Shown here: positions 49,540 through 59,370 of the stretch, one piece after another
How positions within the stretch are numbered: the stretch's first letter is position 1
Layout of the letters: each line of letters starts with the position of its first letter
Origin: Acidobacteriota bacterium
Lineage (GTDB): Bacteria; Acidobacteriota; UBA6911; RPQK01; JAJDTT01
DNA: 64,000 bases
Direction: 5' to 3'
NCBI GenBank assembly: GCA_965217775.1
Contig: CBDCJH010000002.1
Coordinates: forward strand, 2,304,001 to 2,368,000
The notes under the pieces: generated by a model
Told to the model about the DNA's origin: nothing
Seen by the model: the letters and a program-made list of their open reading frames with translations, nothing else
The model's database searches: none
Program-made: the position numbers and the translations under genes

Positions 49540-51168
49540 TTATGGCCTCGCCTCGTTCGTGCCCCGAAGTCTGGTCAGCACGATAACCGGCAAGATCCCG
49601 GCTGCGACGATCGAGAGTGCCGGGGCAGACGCTTCCGTCCACATCGACTCGGCCGTTCGCTGCCACACTTCCACGGCGAGTGTGTCGACACCGAACGGGC
49701 GAACCAGCATCGTTGCCGGCATTTCCTTCATCACATCGACGAAGACGAGAATGAGAGCGGTCAAAAGGGAACCTCGAAGCAGCGGGAGATGAATGCGGCC
49801 CAGCACGCGAACCGGTCCCGCGCCGAGACCGCGCGCACTCTCGTCCATGCTACCCGAGATCCGGGTGAGCCCGGACTCCACCGAGAAGAACGCCACCGAG
49901 ATAAAGCGCACGAGATACGCGAACAACAGCCCGAACGCCGAGCCGGTCAGAATCAATCCGGCATCGAAGTCCCCGAACCATCCGAGAGCGGAGTTGATGA
50001 TGCCGTCGGCGCGGGCGAGCGTCAACAGAACGCCGACGGCGATGACGGAGCCTGGTATGGCGTAGCCGAGACTCGCAAAACGAGCCGCGAGCGACAGAGC
50101 GCGCGAACGAGTGGAACGGGTCGAATACGCGAGGACGATTGCCGCCAAGACCGCGAGCAGGCTGGCGGACGCCGCGAGCGCGAGCGTGTTGCCCAAGAGC
50201 TCCGGAAAATTTCTCGGAAGCAGCGACGCTTCCGCCGCACGGAGGCTCCAGTAGACGAGAACACCGGTCGGAACCACAAAGGCGGCCGCGAGAACGCTCG
50301 AAACGAACGCCGTCGCCGCCCAGCCTTTTATTCCCGTAAGCGGGGGAAGCGTTCGAGCGACGTTTCGTCCATGAGCTTGAACGAATCGCATACGACCCCG
50401 CGCCCGCTGCTCCAGAGCGACGAGTGTCAATGCGAACAGCATGAGTATCACCGCGAGCTGGCCCGCCGCGACCCGGTCGAACATCCCGAACCAGACGCGA
50501 TAGATGGCCGTCGTGAGCGTTCGATAGCCGAACACGGAGACGGTTCCAAAGTCCGCGAGCGTCTCCATGAGAGCGAGTGTGACGCCGGTGGCAATTGCCG
50601 GTCGCGCCAGCGGCAATCCAACTCTCCGGAATACGGCTGTCGAACGGCATCCCAGGCTTCGCGCCACTTCGGTGAGGTTCGCCCCGAGCTCGCGAAACGC
50701 CGTCAGGGCGAGCAGATAGACATACGGATACACGACCAGGCTCATTGCGAGAACGACGCCTCCGTACGACCGCACGTTCGGAAATCGCCAACTGAGGTTC
50801 AGAGTCTCGCGGAAAAACGTGGGGACGGGCCCTGCAAACTCGAAGAGCGCCACAAAAACGAAGCCGATGACGTACGTCGGAACGGCGAGCGGCAGGACGA
50901 GCGCCCACTCGAAGACATCACGGCCCGGAAACCGCCGGGTCGCGACGAGCCACGCGGAAACCGTCCCCATGAGGCCGGCGAGCGCGCCGACCCCCAGCAG
51001 GAGCCAGAGAGTGTTCGACAGAAGCTCCCAGAGAATCGTGTCTGCGAGGTGGCGCCACACGTCCCCTCGCGGAGAGGTCAGATTGAACGCGACGCCAAGG
51101 ACCGGGAGCGCGACGAGCGCGGCCGTGAGCCACGCTCCGACGGTGAGGGCTCGCGAGCTTCGAGCCAT
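49540..51168 (-). CDS. fbpB: Fe3+ ABC transporter permease
   Basis: Two permease modules, LVVYPYVY, DFGTV, KEMPAT. Confidence 0.9.
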   Translation of the reverse strand: MARSSRALTVGAWLTAALVALPVLGVAFNLTSPRGDVWRHLADTILWELLSNTLWLLLGVGALAGLMGTVSAWLVATRRFPGRDVFEWALVLPLAVPTYVIGFVFVALFEFAGPVPTFFRETLNLSWRFPNVRSYGGVVLAMSLVVYPYVYLLALTAFRELGANLTEVARSLGCRSTAVFRRVGLPLARPAIATGVTLALMETLADFGTVSVFGYRTLTTAIYRVWFGMFDRVAAGQLAVILMLFALTLVALEQRARGRMRFVQAHGRNVARTLPPLTGIKGWAATAFVSSVLAAAFVVPTGVLVYWSLRAAEASLLPRNFPELLGNTLALAASASLLAVLAAIVLAYSTRSTRSRALSLAARFASLGYAIPGSVIAVGVLLTLARADGIINSALGWFGDFDAGLILTGSAFGLLFAYLVRFISVAFFSVESGLTRISGSMDESARGLGAGPVRVLGRIHLPLLRGSLLTALILVFVDVMKEMPATMLVRPFGVDTLAVEVWQRTAESMWTEASAPALSIVAAGILPVIVLTRLRGTNEARP

Positions 51169-51174
51169 GAGAAA

Positions 51175-52176
51175 CTACCGGTAGCCGGCACGGTCGGCGA
51201 GCTTGATCGCGGCCGCCTGATTCTCACCGGCCGCAGCGACGCCCACCTGCTCTGGTTTGAAGACGCCCCAGTCTTTCAGGATCGGGTGCGGTTCCGCAGC
51301 AGGGTTTGCCGGATACTCGAAACTGCTCGCGGCAAGGGTCTCTTGAGCCTCGGCGGAGGTCATGAACTCGAGGAGTCGCACGGCGTTTTCCTTGTTCTTC
51401 GCGTACTTGGTGACACCCGCTCCCGAGATGTTCACGTGGGTCCCGGTCGTCTCCCGGTTGGCCCAGAATGGCGCGACCGGTAGATCCGGCTCTTTGGACA
51501 GGATGCGCGCGAGGTAGTAGCTGTTGGTGATGCCGACGTCGCACTGCCCCGCCGCGATCGCGCGGAGGACGGGCCGATCCGAATTGACGATCTCCGGCTC
51601 GTTCTCGACCCAGCCCCCAATCATCTTCTCCACTGCCGCTTCGCCGTGAACTCCGATCGCCGAGGCGAGCAAAGACTGGTTGTAGATGCTGTTCGACGTG
51701 CGCAAGCAGATGCGGCCCTTCCATTTCGGATCCGCCAGCGCCGCGTACGTCGAGAGCTCCGAAGGCTTCACGCGCTCGGTGCTGTACATGATCGTGCGCG
51801 CGCGAACAGCGAGGCCGAACCACCGGTTCTCCGGATCACGGAGGTGCGCCGGGACGTTCCTCATCAGAACGTCGGATTCGATGGACATGAGGAGTCCTTC
51901 GCGGGCCGCATTCCACAGATTCCCGGCGTCGACCGTCACCATGACGTCGGCCTGGGTGTTGGCGCCCTCGGCCCGCAACCGTTCGAAGACCTCGTTGTTG
52001 TTGCCCATGAAGAAGTTGACCTTGATTCCGGTCTTCTCGGTGAACAGCTCGAAGGCGGGCTCGGACCCGTAGTGCGAGCGCGCCGAATAGACGTTGACCT
52101 CTTGTGCATTCGCTATCCCTATCAGAATCAACGAAATAGCGGCCAGGATGACAAACCGCCGGTAGTTCGGGTTCAT
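51175..52176 (-). CDS. fbpA: Fe3+ ABC transporter substrate-binding protein (FbpA/FutA)
   Basis: EVNVYSAR, TVDAGNL, YNQSL, NSYY, HVNISG; AAGGAG RBS. Confidence 0.92.
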   Translation of the reverse strand: MNPNYRRFVILAAISLILIGIANAQEVNVYSARSHYGSEPAFELFTEKTGIKVNFFMGNNNEVFERLRAEGANTQADVMVTVDAGNLWNAAREGLLMSIESDVLMRNVPAHLRDPENRWFGLAVRARTIMYSTERVKPSELSTYAALADPKWKGRICLRTSNSIYNQSLLASAIGVHGEAAVEKMIGGWVENEPEIVNSDRPVLRAIAAGQCDVGITNSYYLARILSKEPDLPVAPFWANRETTGTHVNISGAGVTKYAKNKENAVRLLEFMTSAEAQETLAASSFEYPANPAAEPHPILKDWGVFKPEQVGVAAAGENQAAAIKLADRAGYR

Positions 52177-52210
52177 GATGCTGTATCTCCTTATCGAACG
52201 TGCCTGTATA

Positions 52211-52231
52211 TGAAAATGAAATTCGTTTTCA
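52211..52231. promoter_or_regulatory. Fur box upstream of fbpA
   Basis: TGAAAATGAAATTCGTTTTCA palindrome; 14/19 to GATAATGATAATCATTATC. Confidence 0.75.
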
Positions 52232-52350
52232 AAATCAACCATGGCTTGCCCGCAGGGAGAGTTTTGAGATCGCCGGCGTCAAGGTGACCCACTGACGATG
52301 GCGGCGGTCGGGAAATCGTGACCCACCCCAATCAGGCCTTGGTTCCAGGC

Positions 52351-52670
52351 TGTTGGTGAGCAGTGAACAGTCAGAACCGACGTCGGAAGCTGATTGGGAT
52401 GGACCAGGACGCGATTATCAGAACGGCCCATCGAGTGCATGGCAAGAGTATCCGTCAGATGCAGCGGGAGGCGGGTTCGATCCGGTCGTGTGGATAGCCG
52501 GGTCAGTTCAAGTGAAGTCCGCACCGAAGCCGGGAGCTGCAGCTACGACATCCTCGATCCGCCCTGCCACCAATTCCTCAAGGGGACGCGCGACACGGTC
52601 GGAAAAAGGCCATTCCTGGGTCAAAAATTCCCAAGCTAATTCGGGGTCATTATGTCAGCCGTTCCCCGCA
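52351..52670 (+). mobile_element. IS21-family remnant
   Basis: TGTTGGTGAGCAGTGAA end followed by LIGMDQDAIIRTAHRVHGKSIRQMQREAG (IstA-like N-terminal HTH); GGGTCA repeats near the right end; right boundary approximate. Confidence 0.65.
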
Positions 52671-52825
52671 CTCGATACCGTCGGGATCGGTCGCGGCCAA
52701 AAAGGCAGGAGACGCACTTTTCGCGTAGGGAGGCCTATTCCTCGCAGGCCGTGAGAATCGTCTGAGGAACCACCCGCAAACCTACTGGCTCGGGACTCGT
52801 ATCGCCGGGCTTTGTTGGAGACGCC

Positions 52826-54583
52826 TCAATCCCCCGACTTCGCCGGGGCGTCCGCTTCGACGCGCACCGTGACCACATCGGTGTCGTGGTACTGCCGGTG
52901 GCGCACCGAGCTGGCGTAGTGGCGGAGCAGCCGGAGCGAGAACTCCCGGTCGACGGATCGTCTCGCCCATTGACCCATGAGCGCCAGCCGGTCCTCGAGA
53001 TTCCCGTCCACGGCCGAGGCGATGAACTCCAACTCCACTCCCCGGCCGTCCCCCCGGACCAGGAGCAACAGGTGCCGGGCCTCTTCCTCCTCCGACGCCT
53101 CCTCATCCGGAATCAGGCTCAGGACCGATTCCTCCGCCGCGGCCCGGAGCCGTTCCGTCGACGCCTCGTTCCAACCCTTGTCTTCGGCGAACCTGCAGAC
53201 GAACCCGTCGATCTCCGGCAGCGACTCGACGCTGAGCATGGCCTTGACTCGCCGCCGCCGCGGCTTGGCCAGATCCAGAGCCACCGTCATCACGATCGCG
53301 GCCAATCCGCCGGCCGCCATTCCGTTCCCCAGGATGGTCGCCAACGTCCCGCCCATGTAGTCCGCAAAGATCTGCTGGTTCTGAAAACCGACCCCCAGCC
53401 AGAAGGACAGGCCGACCACCACGCTCTTGCGGCTGTCGAGGCCGTCCTGTGCCACGATCCTCATACCCAGCACGAACAGGATGGCCATCAGGACCAGGAT
53501 GTAGGCCGCGACGACCGGGTCCGGAATCGCCAGGATCGCCGCCGTCACTTTGGGGAGGAAGGCGAAAGAGAAGAACAGGATTCCGATGCAGACCCCGACG
53601 GAGCGCGCGGCGACGCCGGTGAGTTCGGTGACCGCGACGCTGGAGGAGTAGGTCGTATTGGGCACGGTCCCCATCAGACCCGACAGGAGGTTGCCCACGC
53701 CGTCGGCTCCAACCGCTCCCTGTACCGCGCGAAAGTCCGTCGCCCGCGGCCTCCGCCAGGAGATCTGCTGGATCCCGATGGCATCGCCGACGGTCTCGAT
53801 GGCGCCCACTACGGTCACCAGAACGAAGACCGGGAGCAAGGTCCAGAACGAGGCACCGAACGTCAGGTCGAGGCCAGGCCAGCCGCTTGTGGGTATTCCG
53901 AACCAAGGAGCGTCGGCAACTCGGGCGACGTCGTAGAGGCCGTAAAAAGAGGCGACGACACACCCCGCGGTAACGCCCAGAACGGGCGCCCAGAGCCGCA
54001 AGCTCCCCTTGGCGAAGAGGGCGAGACCCGCCGTAAAGACGAGCGTCGCCGCCGCGCTGGTCGGAGCACCAGAGGCCGCCCCTTCCGCCGCGTTGGCCAC
54101 CAGGTTGAAGGCGATGGGCATGATGGTCACCGAGATCAACATGATCACGGTCCCCGCCACCAAGGGGGTGATCACCCTCCGGAGCAACGACAGATGGGAC
54201 GCCAGAACGAATTGGAACAGGGACGAGATGACGACCAGCGTCGCCAGGAGTCCGGGTCCCCCTTCCGTCAGCGCCGTCACCGACACGGCGATAAAGACGC
54301 CGGACGTTCCCATCAGGAGGACGTAGCCGGAACCGAACCTTCCGACGCGGACGGCTTGGAGGATGGTGGACAAGCCGCAGACGCAGAGCGCCGCGAACAC
54401 CGCCCAGGTCATGTAGATCTCCTCGCCGCCGGCCGCGCGGACGATGATCGCCGGGGTCAGGACGATTCCGCCGATGCTGAGCAGGACAAGCTGAAATCCG
54501 AGTCCCAGGGAGAGCAGGTTCGGCGGCCTCTCGTTGGGTTCGTAACGAATTTCTTTCTGAAGGGCTGGAGCGGATGTTTTCAT
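52826..54583 (-). CDS. NCS2 (xanthine/uracil) permease with C-terminal HATPase-like domain
   Basis: ILQAVRVGRFGSG, IETVGD, PNTTYSS NCS2 signature; ~140 aa soluble tail. Confidence 0.9.
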   Translation of the reverse strand: MKTSAPALQKEIRYEPNERPPNLLSLGLGFQLVLLSIGGIVLTPAIIVRAAGGEEIYMTWAVFAALCVCGLSTILQAVRVGRFGSGYVLLMGTSGVFIAVSVTALTEGGPGLLATLVVISSLFQFVLASHLSLLRRVITPLVAGTVIMLISVTIMPIAFNLVANAAEGAASGAPTSAAATLVFTAGLALFAKGSLRLWAPVLGVTAGCVVASFYGLYDVARVADAPWFGIPTSGWPGLDLTFGASFWTLLPVFVLVTVVGAIETVGDAIGIQQISWRRPRATDFRAVQGAVGADGVGNLLSGLMGTVPNTTYSSSVAVTELTGVAARSVGVCIGILFFSFAFLPKVTAAILAIPDPVVAAYILVLMAILFVLGMRIVAQDGLDSRKSVVVGLSFWLGVGFQNQQIFADYMGGTLATILGNGMAAGGLAAIVMTVALDLAKPRRRRVKAMLSVESLPEIDGFVCRFAEDKGWNEASTERLRAAAEESVLSLIPDEEASEEEEARHLLLLVRGDGRGVELEFIASAVDGNLEDRLALMGQWARRSVDREFSLRLLRHYASSVRHRQYHDTDVVTVRVEADAPAKSGD

Positions 54584-54591
54584 AATTCAAT

Positions 54592-55856
54592 GGGGCTTAT
54601 ATACCTAAGTGCCCTTGGCATACAGTTCTGGCACCACGCTTTCCCCAACGAGATACGTTCCGGTACCCAGGGCAAGAACCCCAGCCCTGAGAATGTTCAG
54701 GGCGGCATTGTGGTCCCTGTCCATTCTAAGTCCGCAGGCCCTGCACCGGAAGGTTTCGCTCCGCCCTGGATCGTGGCGGGCGCCGCACCGGTGGCAGTCC
54801 TGCGATGTAAATGCGGGATTCACTTCTACGAACTTCCGACCGGCCCATTCTGCCTTGTACTGGATTTGATTCCGCAGAAGCCCCCAGGATTGCGTCAGTA
54901 TTTCTCGATTCAGCCCCTTCTTCTTCGAGCCCTTCGTTACCATCCCTTGGATGTTCAGCTTCTCCACAGCGATCAGACCGTGCTCACGAATGATCCTGCT
55001 GGAGAGACGATGGCAGGCATTACGGTTTCGGACCGATTCCCGGTGACGGAGCCGAGATAGCTGTACGATCCGCTTCCGTCTGGTCTTGGAAATCTTCTTG
55101 CACCTGGAGACCTTTCTCTGCTGCTTTCGGATCCCCGCCCAGTCCCGTCTATTCCGTTCGATCCTCTCACCCGTGGACAGCACCGCTCGCTTGCGGACTC
55201 CCAGGTCGATCCCTACCGAAGACTCGCATTTCGGTAGCGGCGGCTTCTCCACCTCGTACGTCAGGTCCACATACACCCGGTTCGGCTTGCGGACAATCCG
55301 CAACGCCTTCAACGGGCATCCGTCCGGCAACAGCCGGGACGGAAATATCCGGATCGTCGGGAAGCCCTTGGGCCGGATGGCGTAGCCCCGAGCGCGCTTC
55401 TTCACCATGGTCGCTTTGGGGTCGACGACGGCTTCTCCCCCGCCTTGCAGCGACGATGGTCTCCATCCGCCTCGCAATGGGCCGGTCAACCCCTTCATCT
55501 GATCGAGGATACCCCGGCTTCTCCCCCGCCTTGCAGCGACGGAAGAACGCCTTGAAGGCCCGGTCCAACCGCATCAACATCCCACGCTCCGCCTTGACCG
55601 CCACCGACCCGAGCCCCTCCGGATCGTCCTTCCTCTGGGAGGCTGATCGTACAGGGTCACGCCGCGTTGCTCGGATTCCCAGGCCGTCCTGCGTTCCTCC
55701 AGTGCAGCCAGCCGATTCAGGATGGACCTCACCCCGTCCAACCGCCGGATTCCACCCTTGGACAGCTTGGCTCGGCACTGGATAGTTGCGTGGACTTTCA
55801 TGGTAGGAATTGTAACCTATCAGCCTGAATTCTCGGCACTTACGTATATAATTCCC
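54592..55856 (-). mobile_element. Non-autonomous tnpB-carrying element with 22 bp TIRs and 8 bp TSD (IS1595-like ends)
   Basis: GGGGCTTATATACCTAAGTGCC vs GGGAATTATATACGTAAGTGCC (19/22); AATTCAAT at 54584-91 and 55857-64. Confidence 0.85.
54605..55801 (-). pseudogene. tnpB: TnpB RNA-guided endonuclease, frameshifted
   Basis: AFKAFFRRCKAGEKPGYPR, VGIDLG, IAVEKL, TSQDCHRCG..CRACG, DRDHNAA; split over three frames. Confidence 0.92.
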
Positions 55857-55947
55857 AATTCAATCCCTGTTTGTCACAACCTGGCGTTGCCGGTTCGTTT
55901 CCGAAAAGGGAGCCGGCCGAGTCCTTGGCGGCCCGTCAATCTGCGAG

Positions 55948-57699
55948 TCATGCCGCCGTGTCCGCGTCCACACGGATCGTGACCACATCGGTGTCGTGAT
56001 ACTGCCGGTGAGTCACTGACGTGGCGTAGTGGCCCAGCAGCCGGAGCGAGAACTCGCGATCGCTCGACTGTTTCGCCCACTGTCCCAACAGCGCCAGCCA
56101 ATCCTTGAGATTATCCTCCCCGGCCGCGGCGATGAACTCCAACTCCGCTTTCCGGCCATCACCTCCCAACGACAGAACCAGGTTCCTCGCACCTTCCGGC
56201 TCCGAACCCGGCTCGTCCGGAACCAGGCTCAAGATGGCTTCCTCCGTCGCCGCCCGAAGCCGTTCCGTCGAAGTCGCGTTCCATCGCTTCTGTTCGGCGA
56301 ACCGCCGAACGAACTCGTCGATCTCCGGCAACGACTCCACTCCCAGCTTGGTCTTGATTTTCCCTCGCCCTGGCTTGGACAGTTCCAGGGCGACGGCCAT
56401 CACGATCGCGGCCAATCCACCGGCTGCGATCCCGTTTTCCAGGATCGACGCCACCGCGTCTCCCAGATGATCCGAGAAGATCTGCCGGTTCTGGAAACCG
56501 ACCCCCAACCAGAACGCGACGCCGACCACGATGCTCTTGCGGCTGTCCAGCCCGTCCCGGACCACGATCCGAGTTCCCACCACGAACAGGAGCGAGATGA
56601 GGACGATGATGTAGCCTGCAACCACCGAATTGGGAATCGCCAGGATCACCGCCGTCGCTTTGGGGAAAAACGAGAAGACGATGATCAGGATCCCGACGCA
56701 GACCCCCACGTTGCGGGCGGCCACACCCGTGAGCGCGGCCACCGAGATGCTGGAGGAGTAGGTCGTATTGGGCAACGTTCCCACCAGACCGGAGAGAAGG
56801 TTGGCCAAGCCGCTTGCCCCAATGGTGCCCTGCACCGATCGAAAATCGGTCGCCCGCGGCTGCCGCCAGGAAACCTGCTGGATGCTGATGGAGCCGCCGA
56901 TGGTCCTCACGGTATCGATGGCCACCACGAGTACGAAAACCGGCAGCAACGCCCAAAATAACGAGCCGAAACTCAGGTCGAATCCAGGCCAGCCGCTTGC
57001 GGACAGCCCGAACCAAGGGGCGGCAGCAACTCGGGCGGTGTCGTAGATCCCATAGAACCCCGCTACGGTGCAACCCGCGATCACGCCCAGAACCGGCCCC
57101 CAGAGCCGCCATGCGCCCGTCGCGAAGAGCGCAAGACCCGCCATCGAGACGAGAGTCACTCCGAAGCTGGCGGGGGCGGCAGCCGGCGGGGCCCCTGCCG
57201 GCGGCTTGGCCAACATGTTGAAGGCGATGGGCATGATCGTGACCGCCACCAGCATGATGACCGTCCCCGCCACCAACGGTGTGATCACCCGGCGAAGCAG
57301 CACCAGACGCGATCCCAACAGGAACTGGAACAGGGACGAGACCACGATCAAGGTGGCCAACAGAGCGGGCCACCCTCCCTCCGTCAAAGCCGTGATCGAC
57401 ACGGCCACGAAGGTGCCGGAGGTCCCCATCAGGAGAATGTAGCCCGCTCCCATCCTTCCGATACGAATCGACTGGAGAATGGTGATCAGACCGCAGACGC
57501 AGAGTCCGGCGAACACGGCTCAGGAGAGGTAGATCTCACCGGTGCCTGCGGCTTCGATGATGATCTTCGGGATCAGCACGATTCCGCTGATATTCAGTAT
57601 CACGAGCTGAAGGGCGAGTCCCAAGGAGAGCAGGTGCGGAGGCTTCTCGGGAGGTTCGTAGCGAACGCCCGTCCGAGGGGGCGGTCCGGAGCGTTTCAT
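55948..57699 (-). pseudogene. Second NCS2-HATPase-like permease with an in-frame TGA at 57520-57522
   Basis: Paralog of 52826; IYLS*AVF aligns with IYMTWAVF; frame open on both sides. Confidence 0.85.
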
Positions 57700-57899
57700 C
57701 TGGCGGTTTTTATACCGCAGGCACGGCGGGGCCGCCAGCCGGATTGCCTCGATGAACCTTCCGCCGCAGTCGGGACATGTGACTGAAATCGACGTTGGGA
57801 GTTCAGTGGAGCTGCCGGGCGACCAACGCTGCCGACCGAAATGCCGTGCCAGTCAAGTACCGAAGCGACTCGTGCCACGCGCCGAAGAAAGTGATCCGT

Positions 57900-59090
57900 T
57901 CAGGGGGCCTTGCGCTGGAGCCATCCAAAAGTCGGTTCAGATCTGACCCGGACCCATTCCCCTCCCCATAGCCGGTCCAGAAAGTCGGACCAGGGAAGGA
58001 TCAAAATCCCGTCCACGACCCTGGGTGCCGGCTCCATCGAGACCAGCAGGAAGTGGCTGAACAAGTTCTCCTCTCTCAAGGCTCGCAATCCTTTGAGGTC
58101 TCGCGCGCTCACGTTCTTCTTTGCCTTCGTCTCGACCGCGAGATCCTCGAAAACAAAATCCACCTCGAATTGCGATTTCGATCGCCAGTAACGGGGCGTG
58201 TCGAGCCGATGGTAGTCACAGAAGGCCTTGATCTCCTGGAAAATGTAGCTTTCGAACGCGCTGCCGTATTCGGCGGTTCCCGGCGCCAATCCCCGCCGGC
58301 CCTGCAGATGACGGGCGAGTCCGACGTCGAAAAGATAATACTTCGAGGTGGAGATCGCCTTGCGTTTCCGGCTCTCGCTCAACGCCGGAACCTCGTGGGC
58401 AATGAACGTGTCCTTCAGGATCTCATAGTATTCCCGCACGGTGGACCTGGGCACTTGAGAATCGTTGGCCATGGAGGAGAAATTGATCATCTCTCCATGC
58501 GCGTGCCCCGCCGTTTCCAGAAACCGGCTGAAGGCGCCGATGTTCCTGACGATCGCCTCGGCTGCGACCTCCTCCTTCAGATAGTCGCCCACATACGCGG
58601 CCAGGTCCTCAGTGGGAGAATCGGAAAAATAGATCGGCGGCAGGAGACCGTACTCCAGGGTTCGGTCCAGATCGAACCACTCACCGAGTTCAATCCGGAC
58701 GAACGGATGCAAAGCCCGCGATCGGGCGCGGCCGCCCAGGAGATTGACGCCCTTCCGGCGCAGACTCCGGGCGCTCGATCCGGTGAGAAGGAACCGAACA
58801 CCGGATTCCTGAATCATGAGTTGCACCTCGTTGAGCAATTGGGGCATTTTCTGGATTTCGTCGATGACGACGATGGAGGTGTCGTCGGTGAGTTCCTGCC
58901 GGATCAGCGCGGGATTGCGCGACAGACGGACGAACAGAATCTGGTCGAGCAAGCTGTAAGTGGGATAGCCGGCGAGCTGCTGACGAATCAGCGTGGTCTT
59001 GCCGGTCTGACGCGGACCGAACAGAAAACAGGAGCGGTGCTCCAGAATGTCCATCACTTTCAGGTAACGAGGAACCAGGGGATGGCTCAT
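57900..59090 (-). CDS. AAA_14/DUF4143 family ATPase
   Basis: GPRQTGKT, IDEIQK, LTGSS, KYYLFDVGL, YWR...EVDF..AVETK. Confidence 0.92.
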   Translation of the reverse strand: MSHPLVPRYLKVMDILEHRSCFLFGPRQTGKTTLIRQQLAGYPTYSLLDQILFVRLSRNPALIRQELTDDTSIVVIDEIQKMPQLLNEVQLMIQESGVRFLLTGSSARSLRRKGVNLLGGRARSRALHPFVRIELGEWFDLDRTLEYGLLPPIYFSDSPTEDLAAYVGDYLKEEVAAEAIVRNIGAFSRFLETAGHAHGEMINFSSMANDSQVPRSTVREYYEILKDTFIAHEVPALSESRKRKAISTSKYYLFDVGLARHLQGRRGLAPGTAEYGSAFESYIFQEIKAFCDYHRLDTPRYWRSKSQFEVDFVFEDLAVETKAKKNVSARDLKGLRALREENLFSHFLLVSMEPAPRVVDGILILPWSDFLDRLWGGEWVRVRSEPTFGWLQRKAP

Positions 59091-59370
59091 ATTTTCCAGA
59101 CAATTGACAATTGTTTCGTCAATTATCATGACAATTAACGACAGACATGTCAATTGTCACAATCATCTCTCGACCAACAGCAGGAAACTAAAACGCTGCC
59201 TCCAAGCTGCCAGAATGCAGTAATCAATAAGTCTTGGCTTTTGTTTTCTTGACTTCCCTCTCTGCCCGCTGCTATGAGGAACGGATGTTGACGGCACGAT
59301 TTTTTCCCACTTTCCGGCTTGGCCTTCTCGTCACCGGGAATGGATCTCCTACGGCGGGGACCCGGGAGGG

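Noticed and set aside
49246-55060. Long plus-strand ORFs (745 aa at 49246, 724 aa at 52886), and similarly 46400, 43509, 59821
   Set aside because: Antisense or alternate-frame shadows of well-supported genes in high-GC DNA, with no recognisable motifs.
57520-57522. Selenocysteine or recoded TGA
   Set aside because: Aligns to Trp, not Cys; other genes in the window use TGA as stop and TGG for Trp.
57700-57899. Purine/xanthine riboswitch or sigma54 promoter upstream of the NCS2 genes
   Set aside because: No recognisable aptamer consensus by eye and the TGGCAC sites lack a properly spaced TTGC; an Rfam scan would be decisive.
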